From the NCBI GenBank assembly GCA_013115145.1, contig JAAPAO010000362.1:1-36370 (forward strand): 36,370 nt of DNA, in the 5' to 3' direction. Origin of the DNA: Perkinsus chesapeaki ATCC PRA-425. Its lineage: Eukaryota; Protista; Perkinsozoa. Below the pieces are notes generated by a model. That model ran no database searches. It was given only the letters and a program-made list of their open reading frames with translations, and was not told where the DNA came from. Below, piece by piece: positions 11,719 to 23,591 of this stretch; the first letter of the stretch is position 1, and each line of letters starts with the position of its first letter. The position numbers and the translations under genes were made by a program.

Positions 11719-12190
11719 ATGGTTAATCTAGTTCGTGCAAGCGCCCGTGCAGTGGGCCCTATGCGCCCTAACACCAAGCGTGATATCAGGCGACTTGGCA
11801 GCTACCCTGTACCACCTGAATCTAAGAACTTCTGGCGAGGCCGTTTCCAAGTAAGATGTGTATATGCCATCCTAGGGTATCCTTTTAACAGGTGCCAGGT
11901 GGACAGATCCAACAGGGTGTTTCCCCGATGCAACAGAAGATCTTCTTCCAATGGTGGTGGAATCTCCCGACCAGGTCAGAGCGTATCTTTTGTACGTGGA
12001 GATTCCCAAGTTGAAGCTCAGATACTTCTGGCGTTTTACGAAATGGTCTGATTTCCTGATACCGTCATTGATGTGGTACACAGGGTTCCTTATGTGTAAG
12101 AATGATGTTGAAGAGGGAACGCGTTCAAGGTGGGTGATGCATTCTCGACGCTATCCTTGTGTAGGCTTTTTCGTCAGATATTGGTATTAG
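11719..12190 (+). CDS. QCR8: Cytochrome bc1 complex subunit QCR8 (apicomplexan/myzozoan type), 4 exons
   Basis: Removing introns 11851-11891, 11975-12021 and ~12131-12178 gives ...RRLGSYPVPPESKNFWRGRFQVPGGQIQQGVSPMQQKIFFQWWWNLPTRYFWRFTKW...MCKNDVEEGTRSRYWY*. From memory this closely resembles Toxoplasma QCR8 (LGSYP...GGYIQQ.ISPYQ...DVEE..R..YWY). Confidence 0.75.
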
Positions 12191-12417
12191 TGCGGCTATC
12201 TGGTTGGAAAGGTTATTCTAGCACCTCGACTGATAGCTATCTTTATACGATGGTTATCTTTCGTCTACCATTTTTGATAACATGTTAGTGACTACAGCAG
12301 TGATGAGGCATTAGTAGTCTTATTAGGGGAGGTTATCTTTTAACAAAGTAACTTGTGTTATAGGAAGTACGGCTACATTTACCACATACAACCAAAACAC
12401 GACTCCTCTGGGAAACA

Positions 12418-12966
12418 TCAAACAATCATTCTCATCAGCAACACTAATGGATACGCTCCAGCATTCTGCGAAGGGTCATCGAGATACTGCAAGGTCCGTA
12501 CAAGGAATCGTTCTTCTCGGTCTAGGTTGAGGGCAATTGGTAGTGCGTTTGGGTCGACGGCCGTCATCTTCCGTAGTAGACCGGACTCAGTATTGAGTGT
12601 GTGAACGAATACACCATCAGCCTTCTCGTAGGTAATAAGACCGCCACCACGAGGGAAAGTAAAGAACCATGAACTGTCCTTCTTGGCAGTAGTCGCTGCT
12701 ATATGAGCGCCTCTGAATACCACATTGTCGCCAGTCCTCCCTTCAATGGTCTCTAGAGGGCATGAGGTAACGGCCATCCACTGGACTTCACTTATGAGGG
12801 TATCCAGAAGCTCTGTAGGAGTTGCACTGCAAAGCTTCTTATCACGTGGGGAAACATATCGACCGGGACAGTTCTTTATCTCCTTCCACTTGTGGCTTTC
12901 CCACAGCTTTTGCAGTACGGCACCACCGTCCCCTGCATAGTCACCGTTACCAATGAACTCCGGCAT
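12418..12966 (-). CDS. Uncharacterised protein with WKEIKNCPGRY / GGGLITYEK / FVHTLNTESG motifs
   Basis: A 182-aa uninterrupted ORF with motif-like composition, in a genome where exons are usually much shorter. Upstream exons in 13000-13500 cannot be excluded. Confidence 0.75.
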   Translation of the reverse strand: MPEFIGNGDYAGDGGAVLQKLWESHKWKEIKNCPGRYVSPRDKKLCSATPTELLDTLISEVQWMAVTSCPLETIEGRTGDNVVFRGAHIAATTAKKDSSWFFTFPRGGGLITYEKADGVFVHTLNTESGLLRKMTAVDPNALPIALNLDREERFLVRTLQYLDDPSQNAGAYPLVLLMRMIV

Positions 12967-13654
12967 CGTTTACAGGCTACTGCTTGAAGATAACCCCGCC
13001 TTAGGAGACTCGAGAACACAACAGGATGAAGGGGGTTACTCGATGGACGGCACTATGAGGCTGTGCATCGTGTCAATTATAAAGGACATAATGTTAACAT
13101 GTAAGACATCCTCGCCGACCATGGGCACACCTCTTTCGGCAAAGATAACCTGAAGGAAGATATGCATTAAAAGAGAAGCGATGAATACCAAATCCCCCTT
13201 TTGTTTGGAGCTGAAAGTCGCCACACAAAAGCGATCAACTCGTCCGAATGCCGATAATCCCGAGTGGCGAGGTAGAGGGCAAATGGCGACCAGAGGATAA
13301 ACCTGCTGGGTGAGTAGTCCACAGTAATGACGGACGCTTCGGCATCACATAGTAGGCGGATCCGGTACCGTATGGGACTATAGGTGAACAGGTAATATGT
13401 GGAAGATGGTTAACATCATGCAGCAGGCCAACTGAAGAGGGCCGGCGGTTACTGCGATATCTGGCGACCATTACATCCATCGTGAACACTATAGTAGGTC
13501 ACCAAGCTCTCTGGGAGATACCTTCGACTTTCCTTATCCGAGGGCACACCGATCACACTCTAAGATGATCATATCCGTAAACAATGTCGATTGAGAAGTA
13601 CACATTGAATAGATGACATGCTTATATCCGCAGAACTATCATCATCGTCACTGC

Positions 13655-15000
13655 TCATGCTGCTGCTGCTGCCTTGGCGTTTGCGGTGGCGAATAACAGT
13701 AGCCGGTGCCATTTGACTGGACGATGAAATTGATAGCTCCCCACTGGAAGGCCGTCGAGAGGTACTCTACAGGGAGAGAATGCATCGACCCTGAATCACT
13801 GGCTGTTACCTGTGGCTGACCACCGAACACACAAGTGCCGTCCAATAGCTTATACACCATAAACCATCTGGTGTGTACATCACAGTGTTACAATAATGGA
13901 GCATTCTGCACCTCTCCACTCTACATTGGCCCAACTCATCATCCTCCCTAGGCCATATCGATTCATCATCAGAATCGGATTCGACGTCCAAAGTGAGCTC
14001 CAGTTTGACCTGCTGGCCGATAACTTCACAACACCAAAGACTCTCCTACTATTCGTATTTCCCGGCAGGACTTCTTCAACAGCTTCAACGTTATCCCCAA
14101 ATCAGGATGGTAACTGTCCTCCACATAATCCTAAGCATAAACGACCGCCACCTCACGCATGCCTCACTCTATCCTACCTCGTTCTCTCGGTCAACGATGG
14201 GCTGCCATATAATATCGATAGCTTCAGCTAAGGTGCGAACATTCCTATCAACAACCATCACAGGTAATCAATTTCCACTGTTGTACTACAGTAGCTGGTG
14301 TGCCCACGGACATCCTGCTGGCAGTTGATCTTTCAAAAGGACATATTGCGCGACCACCTTCCCCGTGGCTTTTTCCTCCTCCTCGTCCGAGGCTGACAGT
14401 AACCACTGCACTCCTTCGTTACCAATGGGCTCCTCACAACCACTGGAGACAGTTCTCTCATCATCAACATCCCCACACTCCCCTCTACGGCGATGTCCTC
14501 TACTGAAAAACCTCAGGCCAGACAAACTGCTCTTAACCCAAGGAGCACCTTCGACCTCCTCTTCGAGCATCAAAGCTATCTCTTATAGTGGCAGAGCAAG
14601 AGCTTATCCATCGCAATGGTGTGGCAAATGGTGACCCACCCAATACGATATACCTGCAAGGGTTGATACATCACTTCCAGTGCGTTGGGAGGTACCTCAC
14701 AGTGAGGACAAATGCTAGAACACATACAAGGCTGACGAAGAGAGCCGACCATGGGCCCCATTCGAACAGAGTGTTGCCTCCTCCTCCTCCACGCATCACT
14801 GGTGCTACATCGATGGTAACCACTACACAACACAACAACTATGAAGCGGAGAATTATTCACGCGAAATGAACGCCGCGACTACCCTAAAGGAGATCTACC
14901 ATATCAGAGAATAGCATGACGGGGAATAGTGAGCAATGGCGACCCTCTCTACGAGGCCCAGCACTGTCATCAATACTGTGGCTTTAGCAACACTACCACC
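13655..15000 (-). CDS. Hypothetical multi-pass membrane protein, multi-exon, boundaries approximate
   Basis: Hydrophobic exon-like segments (TVLMTVLGLVERVAIAHYSPSCYSLIW; LLCCVVVTIDVAPVM; WSALFVSLVCVLAFVLTVR) separated by GT-AG introns. There is weak resemblance to DMT/nucleotide-sugar transporters. Confidence 0.35.
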
Positions 15001-15409
15001 ACCGTCGGGATAGGCTAATATCTGATATGGGTGGTGGATACCTTAAGGGTAACAGCAATAACTGTAATGGTAATACTATTATCAAGTGATAGGTCACCTC
15101 AAAAACTAGGGACAGTGGCGGCGACCATACTTGATTATTAGCAATCTAAACTCCCAACGATTATAATAATGACAATACTATCAACCATCAACAATAATAA
15201 TGATAGGTAGTAATGAATAGGGGCGGCTTGGTAATGACGGAGATAGAAGCCTTTAAGGACGACCTCTCCTGCTTAATAATGCTACTGGAGTATTACCAAC
15301 CAGTTACCATACAAAGCTCCACCCAAGCTAGCTACCAATTACCACTACTACCGAATCGTACTGTTGATAAAATCGATATTATCATTATTAGTGACATCGC
15401 CGTTGTTGT

Positions 15410-16233
15410 TTACATGGGAGGGATCTGAGGTGTGATATCCTTGGGGAAGGTACCCTGACCAGCTTGAATGATACCAACGATAATACCGAAAAGACCAAGA
15501 GCACTGCCGAAGATCTCAACAACAAGCATCTTGACGAACAACTCAGGCCTCTGAGCATCACCCAAGGCACAACCGGAACCAGATACACCGACACAGACAC
15601 CGCAGAATAGGTTAGAGAAACCAACCGATAAACCGCAGGCGAAAAGGCAATAACCAGCAGCTTGAGCAACGGCCATGTTACCTAATAAAAATGATACAAG
15701 CGATGAGGGAGTAATGCACTAAGGGTTACCAGTGGGGATGGCTGGGGGCATGAACTCCTTGGCACCCTCCATCTTGGAGTTCATAATGATACTCATGATA
15801 ACACCGTAGATGGCAACAGCTTCACAGAAGATGATGGACACAAGATTCTTGGACCTATAATAGAGTAATGATAAGGAAAACTTCAATTGGAGCTACTCCG
15901 TATCATGTACGCTTAACCTCAAGATTCTCCCCCTTTATTACTTAATCCTAGGAGCACGGACAGCAGCACCGACTAATGAAGATCCAGTAAGGAAGATACC
16001 CCAAGCGGCACCGATAACAGAGAAGGCCAATGAGAAGGTGATACCAAGATTAGCCCTGAAAGAATAGCAATTAGCTGTAGTGGCCTAGCGAGCAGCAATG
16101 TTATTAATAATAATACTACTTACCACATGTAAGGTGACATACTGTTGAAAGTGCATGCCCATGATTCATCATAGCATGGATCCAAGAAAGGGTTGAAGGT
16201 AGTGGAAGGGGTAGGAACAACAGTAGATGACAT
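15410..16233 (-). CDS. VMA16: V-type ATPase V0 proteolipid subunit c'' (21 kDa), multi-exon
   Basis: [94 protein letters not shown]. Confidence 0.95.
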
Positions 16234-16649
16234 AATGTCGACTAATCACACTCTTGCCAAAAAATGAGAGGTCAGCGAAACGCGTCCGATGATGAGCTAA
16301 GGTCAAAGCCGAGCGGAGCGAAGCGTTTCATGTTTAGTGTTTTTGTCAAAAACCAAAAATTCCTTCATTCTTTTTTCGCAAAGGAAGCCACAAAGCTTCC
16401 TTAGCTCGCTTCTAGTGCGGCAGCTGTGGAAGGCTTCACTAAAACTATATTACATTATGCTATACCAAGAAAGGATACTGAATTGAACACAATAGGGATG
16501 TAATAAAGAAACCTATAAAATAAGATACGGTTAAAGCTATGGCGATACTGGCTTAGCGCCGAAGAGACCGATTGGTGTCCGATCTGTTTTGGGGCTAATG
16601 CCTAATTCCGGAGGAGTTCTCATCTGATCATTGGCTACTTTCAACTCCT

Positions 16650-19600
16650 CTATGTTGGACACTCACTGACCTCGGTAGTTGGCGAACCGTTATCATCTGT
16701 GCCGTTAAGTTGTCGTAATGACCAATTACCATGGCCATCGCCGTCAATGTGCAGCTCACAAGTGTGTAAGCGTCTTAAGCTAGGCCTGTGTGCTATTGAA
16801 AAAATGGTTATATCAGGGTGCATGTTAATAAGACATTCGTATAATGGGCCCTCATCATCTACAGCTATAGCTGACGTAGCTTCATCTAGTACTACAACCT
16901 AAATGGCGGAATGCATATAAACACTTGTGGGGAGAATGACGTACTGATGGGCGATGATAGAGCAAACGTGCCCAGCCTATCCGCTGCCTCTCGCCGCCAG
17001 ACAGGACATCTGCCCACTCCCACACTGCAGTGTCCAAGGAGTAAGTTGAAAGAAGGCGCCCTGAAAGGGAGGACATATTCCGCGCAAACAGTTGGGATAA
17101 TTCCGACCCAACCCGACAGCTTCAAGACACTTAATAACAGCATCATCATTATCATCACAGCTGGTGGTGAGCTTCGGATAGGTTACCTGGTCCCTCAGAG
17201 TACCCAACACTAAGTAGGGCGTTTGTGGCAAATACATAACAGATATCTAAACGGCACAGCATCATCGCCTCCTCAAGTGGTGCCTTACCTTAGAATCCTC
17301 CAAGCCTGATGGTGAGTTCATTTTGATGTCACCAGAGAGTGCTGGCCACAAGCCAGCTAGAACACGGAAGAGGGAGGTTTTACCAGCACCGTTGGGACCG
17401 GTTATTAGAACACGCACGCCTTAATCAACAGGATCATATCGCAACCGTAAGTGCTGCATCTACCTGGTTTGGCTTCGAACTTGAAGTCCTTCAATAAGAT
17501 TCGCGACTGATCTGGCGTGGTTATTGTAACGTCACTCGCCATGAAAATATTTTCCGACGTAGGACCGTTCTGAAGAGTTTCCCATGCCCCAAGCTGAGCC
17601 TCGTAGACTCACCTCCGTCACAGAATCTCGTCTAACTTGACTTATACGTTCATCAGATTTCTCCAAAGATTCCATCAATTCTGATACCCGTGCCGTGTAA
17701 CCTGCCAGCGTTTGCACCTGAACCCTAGCTTGCTGATTTAACACCACAGGACCTGCTACTTTTTTATAAGTGAGGATGAGATCACACAAAGATGCGCTGG
17801 AGGTCTGGATGAGATTATCCGCCACGCGGTACCTATCACGAGAAGCATACTACTGAGCTATCGTAGGCACAATGGTTCAGAGCTATTCACAGTTAAAAAA
17901 GTTGTTCATTGAAGCGTGGCTGTAATAATACGATATGACTAACCAGCTCTTATATGACAATACTGTGCAAGGAAGTTGAACAATGGTCTGACTGCTGCTA
18001 AGCATAGAGTGTTCCTCTACAGCCTCGAAAGTGAGTGGACATATTGTAGAGGATGTTGGGTGCTCACAAGAACTACTCATATAATCATAATATAGCCTAT
18101 AATGTCTACACAGCAACATTCTCCCACTATTTGATGGCCAACACGTCTTGAGAATAAACAACTATAAAGTGGATGCCTTGTTCGTCTGCCGTGTATTCGT
18201 GTTACTGTGTTATACGTTTGAGTTGTTCCTTCTTCCCCTTAGGAGCTTCCATTGTTATAAAGGGAAGGGCTATGACTGGCCAACCAATAACCGAAGCAAA
18301 GTACCTACATAACATCACAAGAACTCACACCTACACGCCCAAGTACTTAAGACCGAATTGATCTATGCAGCCCTGACGGAATTGTATAGCGGCAAGCTTC
18401 TCCTTCCATCCACTAGATAACGCCAGTCTGTCGTTCAAAAGCTGCTCCTGAGAACAACGGTACTTGCTGCGGCTGACGAGTTGTTGATACCTCAGCAGCA
18501 CCTCCATCAAGGAAAGCAATCTCTTCGTGATGTGACACCAATCGAGCTTGGGCACGTCTGTAGTTACCTAAGATACCAAAAGATATTCTTCACAGTGCGC
18601 TGTATCCAGTACCGTCTAAGGATTGCTGATGGGCGATGAGCTTCGACATTGGTGGAGACGTAACACGAATCGCAGCAGATACTCCAATGAAATAAGCATA
18701 CAGCAGAACAGGGCCACTGTACCTATGAGTATCTTAGGTTGATCCAGGTTATTCGCACAGGGAAAAGATTCCTACCCTCTCAGACTGGTTCCTAGCCGTG
18801 CAGTACAGAGTATCACATCGAGCGCCGGTTTAAAGGTTCTCGAATACAAATCAGCCAATTGCTTGGCAAAGTTCTCTACATCCACTACTAGTCTGTGATC
18901 TACGTTATCAAGTGCCGTCACACCCTTTCCATCCCCGATAATAGGTTCCTGAAAAAGGGAACGAATTGACCATGCAGCAGCCACAGCACTTCAACCACAG
19001 GATCATCCAACCGATGCTGTGGATAGGAACACCAATAACGGACAAGTATAAAAACCCGGTCAAGTAGTGAAAATGCATAACAACAGCACGTAATAATGTA
19101 CTTAAGTTGGTCCTCTCAATACGTAACTCAGTTTTGACAGATTAATATTTATAGACCAATAATAGATACTGCATAATGGGTGCCCAATACAGCTGCACCA
19201 ACCTACTGAAGCAGGGCTGGTGGTATCTTTAGGGAGAGCGGCCGTATGTGCTGATACAAAATAATAGTTCTTGTTATGGAGGTAGGTCTTATGGATGTGA
19301 TGGGTGAGGTTCTCCCTAACAAAAAGTTACATCATACCTTACTACAGCTGCACACACTTACGCGAACCAAGCACCTAGCAGACTAGTCATAAACTTAAGA
19401 CCAGAATTCACGACCGAGGCGGTTATACCAGTAATCTGATACAAGACAGCAATAAACTTAAGGACAAATATCGAGACCAGAGATGAAGGTAGATGGCGAA
19501 GATTCCACGCTATGCTGATGCTAGTGGACATTAAGAGGAATGCTCCCTCGCCGAGGCAAGGACGCTACATACAACAAGACGCGGGAGATTGCCGCACCCC

Positions 19601-20207
19601 CACACCTACCACAAAGTCAGCGACTGAGCTGAAGAACAACTTTCCATCTCTCTGTACCACAGCCTGTAGGCCTTTACCAGATACCTAACATCCCCATAGG
19701 AATGAAATGTGCTAGAGCTGGAAGCTACCTCTGCTATATGAATAGATAACAAACTTCGCGATACAAGGGCGCAGGTCTGGAGGGCCAGTGTGAGGGCTTC
19801 TCTAGTTAGTAGGCCAGGAACCATGATTCGAAGCAGCTGAGAGAATGCAGTGAATAATAACGTCAAAGGTAGTTGAACACACCTTGGCCAATCTGAGCAG
19901 AAATATGGCATCAACTCCATGCTCCTTCCTCCTTGGTTTTGCCTGTTTATCATCTTTTAGCTCAACGCCAGACGCACCCTCCTCATTAGCCCGCTTCAAA
20001 TTACGATATAACAGCAGCACGCCTACTGCTGCGGCTACCGACAGGGCCTGTCGTAAGACATGCCATGAAGACCCGACCGCCGACCCGGCTTACTGAACCT
20101 CCTTTGGTTCTGGTGTACCGATTACTCAGCGTTCGTATAATATCGGCTAGTTTGGGTTTAGATACGCTCGATAGGTTATAAGCTGATAATGACGGGAGCA
20201 ACAACAT
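16650..20207 (-). CDS. ABC transporter subfamily D (peroxisomal fatty-acyl-CoA half transporter), multi-exon; start approximate
   Basis: Walker [29 protein letters not shown], signature [19 protein letters not shown], Walker [11 protein letters not shown]-loop SIAHR. TM domain includes [10 protein letters not shown]...[11 protein letters not shown]. Confidence 0.93.
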
Positions 20208-20544
20208 TGTTAACAAATCTTCAAAGGCGAGTTCATCACATACAGGGTGCTGATGGTACAAGGAAATGATCATTCGATCAGATTCCTCAAATGTCACCAA
20301 CCACGCAGGTTCACTTCTAGCCTAACACTAATACGCTTACCACAGCAGGTAGCGTGGTAACTCTCAAGTTGGTCTTAACAGCCCGATTCGGAGCCTGATT
20401 ATCGAAGCACCCGAGCCCCCATCCAATATTAATTGAAGCACCCAAAATGTTGCCTTGCTCTGTTAGTGTGAGTGAGATCACAAAAAAACCGGTGGTGGCT
20501 ATGGCCTTTGGAGTGGTTCTGAATCATCATTCTCATTATTATTA

Positions 20545-23492
20545 TCATTTCTTCTTCTTGCTCTCCACACTTCCATCTCCCTTCGTCTCCTCTGCAGTGC
20601 TATATCCCATATCATCTCGCTGACTCTAAACCATCAACAACAAGTCCAATGTGATTGAGCAACCCTACCTTACCGAAGGCACACCTTCCTCCTCCATTTT
20701 CTGTATTAAGTTGATACATAAGTTCTCAACATCATTATACTTGTTAATGGCCGACTTCTCCTCAGCTAGGGCGATATTATGCTAATACAGGCAATAAGGA
20801 GGATCAGCCATCACAGCTACATCATTACTACTACCTTGGAGTCCCCTTCAGATGTGGCCACTTTAGAGGTAGCCTTGGCCAGAGATCTCCCTAGTGAAGC
20901 ATACTCCTCACAGGTAGCTACGACACGTTTGGCCAAATCTTCATCAGTGAATCTGCCCGACCATCGATGCTACCCTCACCGCTAGCAGACGACTTACTTC
21001 CTCTTCCCCTCCGGGGCGTCCATCCCCATAGCCTTTTTCATTTTACCACACAATGACTCCGCGGTGCTCGTCTGCTTTGTCACAGCCTGACACAGCGATA
21101 AACCGTTCAAGATGGATTGTAATGAAGCTTACCTTGTCAAGCTTGTAAACCGGGCCAGTGGCTTTACCCATCATCTTTTCATTAGCATGACAGAGATCCT
21201 CGAACAAATCGGCAACCTTGAGGGAGACAGAGTAGTCCCAGGCTTGAGAGTCTATCTTAGATGCCTAAAGTAACCAACACCGATATCCGACCAAGTAAGC
21301 TTTGCGAGTATTACCTCAGCCTTGCCGGTGACGATTCTCAAGCTAACTCTGTTGAAAATAATATAAGCCAGGAAAAGGGCAAAAATGTAAATAATAAGGA
21401 GAGCGGGTTTATCCAACACACCCATTCCGGAGGGCATCTTATAAGATATCTAACACCACCACCACCGAGCAGCATAGTACGTGCAACAGGTACAAAGCAG
21501 GTATCACCTGTATCTTGGTATTGAGCGCATTTCGCTCAGGTACAATGATTCCAGCTGATGTTAGCCGAATGAGCCTTCGTGGAGTAGTAAAGTCCAACCA
21601 AGAGTAGCGCCCCTCGGCGATGTAATCGAAGGTGCTGAGGCCTCTAGGGGAGTTGATATTAATATCGGACGCTCCAGCTGGCAGGACAATCTAACACCGA
21701 TCTACATTCCGACACGTGCATCGTTATGTTCCGGTTACCTCGATTTCTTGCTCCTGCGTAAAAACCTTCACAAAAGGTTGATTGAAGGCAACACTTAGCA
21801 CGTACTGATGAGGGTCGCTCGAGGACACCTGTGTCATTGCTCTTATGCATCCTAGAGATACTACCAATAATACCTGTAAAGTGGTCTTTGATGGAAGGTC
21901 GTAGGAAAACTCGAAATCGTCCTTCCAGCCACCAAGCATCGGGAACCTATACGAGCTAATACCATCCTATCCTAATACCACTGACTACCTTGGTGACAGC
22001 TCTACTGCGATGTACTTCTTACCTTCTCTACGGGCATGTGTAGCTGTGAAACACAGTACCAACAGTAACGTTTTAGTCTCCTATTACTCGATACATTCCC
22101 TATAGCATCCCTGTAATTGATGTTATGAGCTGATCGAGGCAAAACAGCTTGAATGCTCGCCAATGCTGAAGTGACCTTGTACGGATTCTCTCTGAAATAA
22201 CAACAACATCCCTCTGAGCACTCTCTTGTTGCATCAATAGAAGAGTTGAAATGTTCCATGCTAGTAGAGTCAGAAAGTAGTAGCAGCGACCAACATTGGA
22301 CTTCCACTCCTACAGAATGACTTTACTACCCTTCAGACCACTTGGAAATACTAAAAGGCGTTCTAGAGAACTCCCCTCCAAGCTTAGCTGCCTCATTAAC
22401 CAATTCATACTTGCCATTGATCGATACGCTACCTATTCAATACATCACCATCTTATATCACCTAACTAGTAACCATATTGCCTACCCCAGTGGGACACTT
22501 CGATAGACCTATAGACCTTGGCCAGATATGGTAGAGGGAATGGATGAGTAACATGTACATGAAGGAGCTCGGGTACAGCATTCCTAAAGGCAATGTACTG
22601 CCTCGGAGCATCCCTGTGAAGTGACCTACTCCTTGACAGGCGTAATATCGGTAAAGGGTCCAAAGGTAATGGTGCGTCCTTTAGTAACCGTACTATCCCC
22701 CTTAGGAGCAACTCGCCTAACACCAAGGATCTCCTTGTGCCGCTTCAAGACATTACTCAATCTTTTGCTCATTCAACAACCTCACAGTTGTGGTCTCCTT
22801 AGCTGTAGGATATGGAGATGACCAATAAAGAGTGTCGGCGTATCTACATCACACCAGGCTGAATCCTCCACATTACAACACCAGACTCACTCGACCATCT
22901 GCTCTTGCAACTCCAATATCTCCTCCGGTAAGGGCCTGTACATTCTGCCGAATATCATATCAACGTTGAGAGACGCCTTCCCTGCTCCAACGATAGGACA
23001 CGTAAAAAGTCTCCTCAACTACTACTATTGTTACTTTTCTTATCGGGGAAGGTAACCGCCAAGTACCGGTATCCCTCATCGACCCCCGAGTCCTCCACCT
23101 GAAGCTGTTCCCCAGACTCACTATCAGAGACCTACAGTAACTAATCCAATATAAGCTCATCCTCAACTGCCTACAGTGACGCTTCCTAGTCCCTCGAAAA
23201 AGGTCAAAGCGTGCTTCCCCAATGGCACAGCAGGCACTCGAAGATATGCGTAGGGCATTGGTCCGGTGCACCGAGAGCAGTCCATATCAACATTCACAGT
23301 CACCTTTACAGTGTTCTGCTGGAGAGACTAACAAGATATGAATGCGTGCAATTGAGATTGGTGCGTATGTGACCCTACTATCTCTCTTGAGACTTGAGTG
23401 TTCTGCCAGTCCCCAATCATCACAAAGCCTATCACACGTCCATAGGAAAGGACCGTGCCAAGCAGCCACAGCTTCTCAAAAAAAGTTGCCAT
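20545..23492 (-). CDS. RPN1: Ribophorin I / oligosaccharyltransferase subunit 1, multi-exon
   Basis: N-terminal signal-like MATFFEKLWLLGTVLSYG, VYRSIEVSHWG, NYRDAIGNVSS, FPMLGGWKDDFEFSYDLP, YSWLDFTTPR, TM PALLIIYIFALFLAYIIFNRVSLRI, and a cytosolic tail ending SKKKK*. Confidence 0.9.
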
Positions 23493-23591
23493 ACCAATAA
23501 TGGGCAAAAAAGGGAAGCTATTATCAATACCACCATGCCAAGATCAAATCAACAAATATCAATTGACGACGTTGTTAGCTGGTAAACATAC

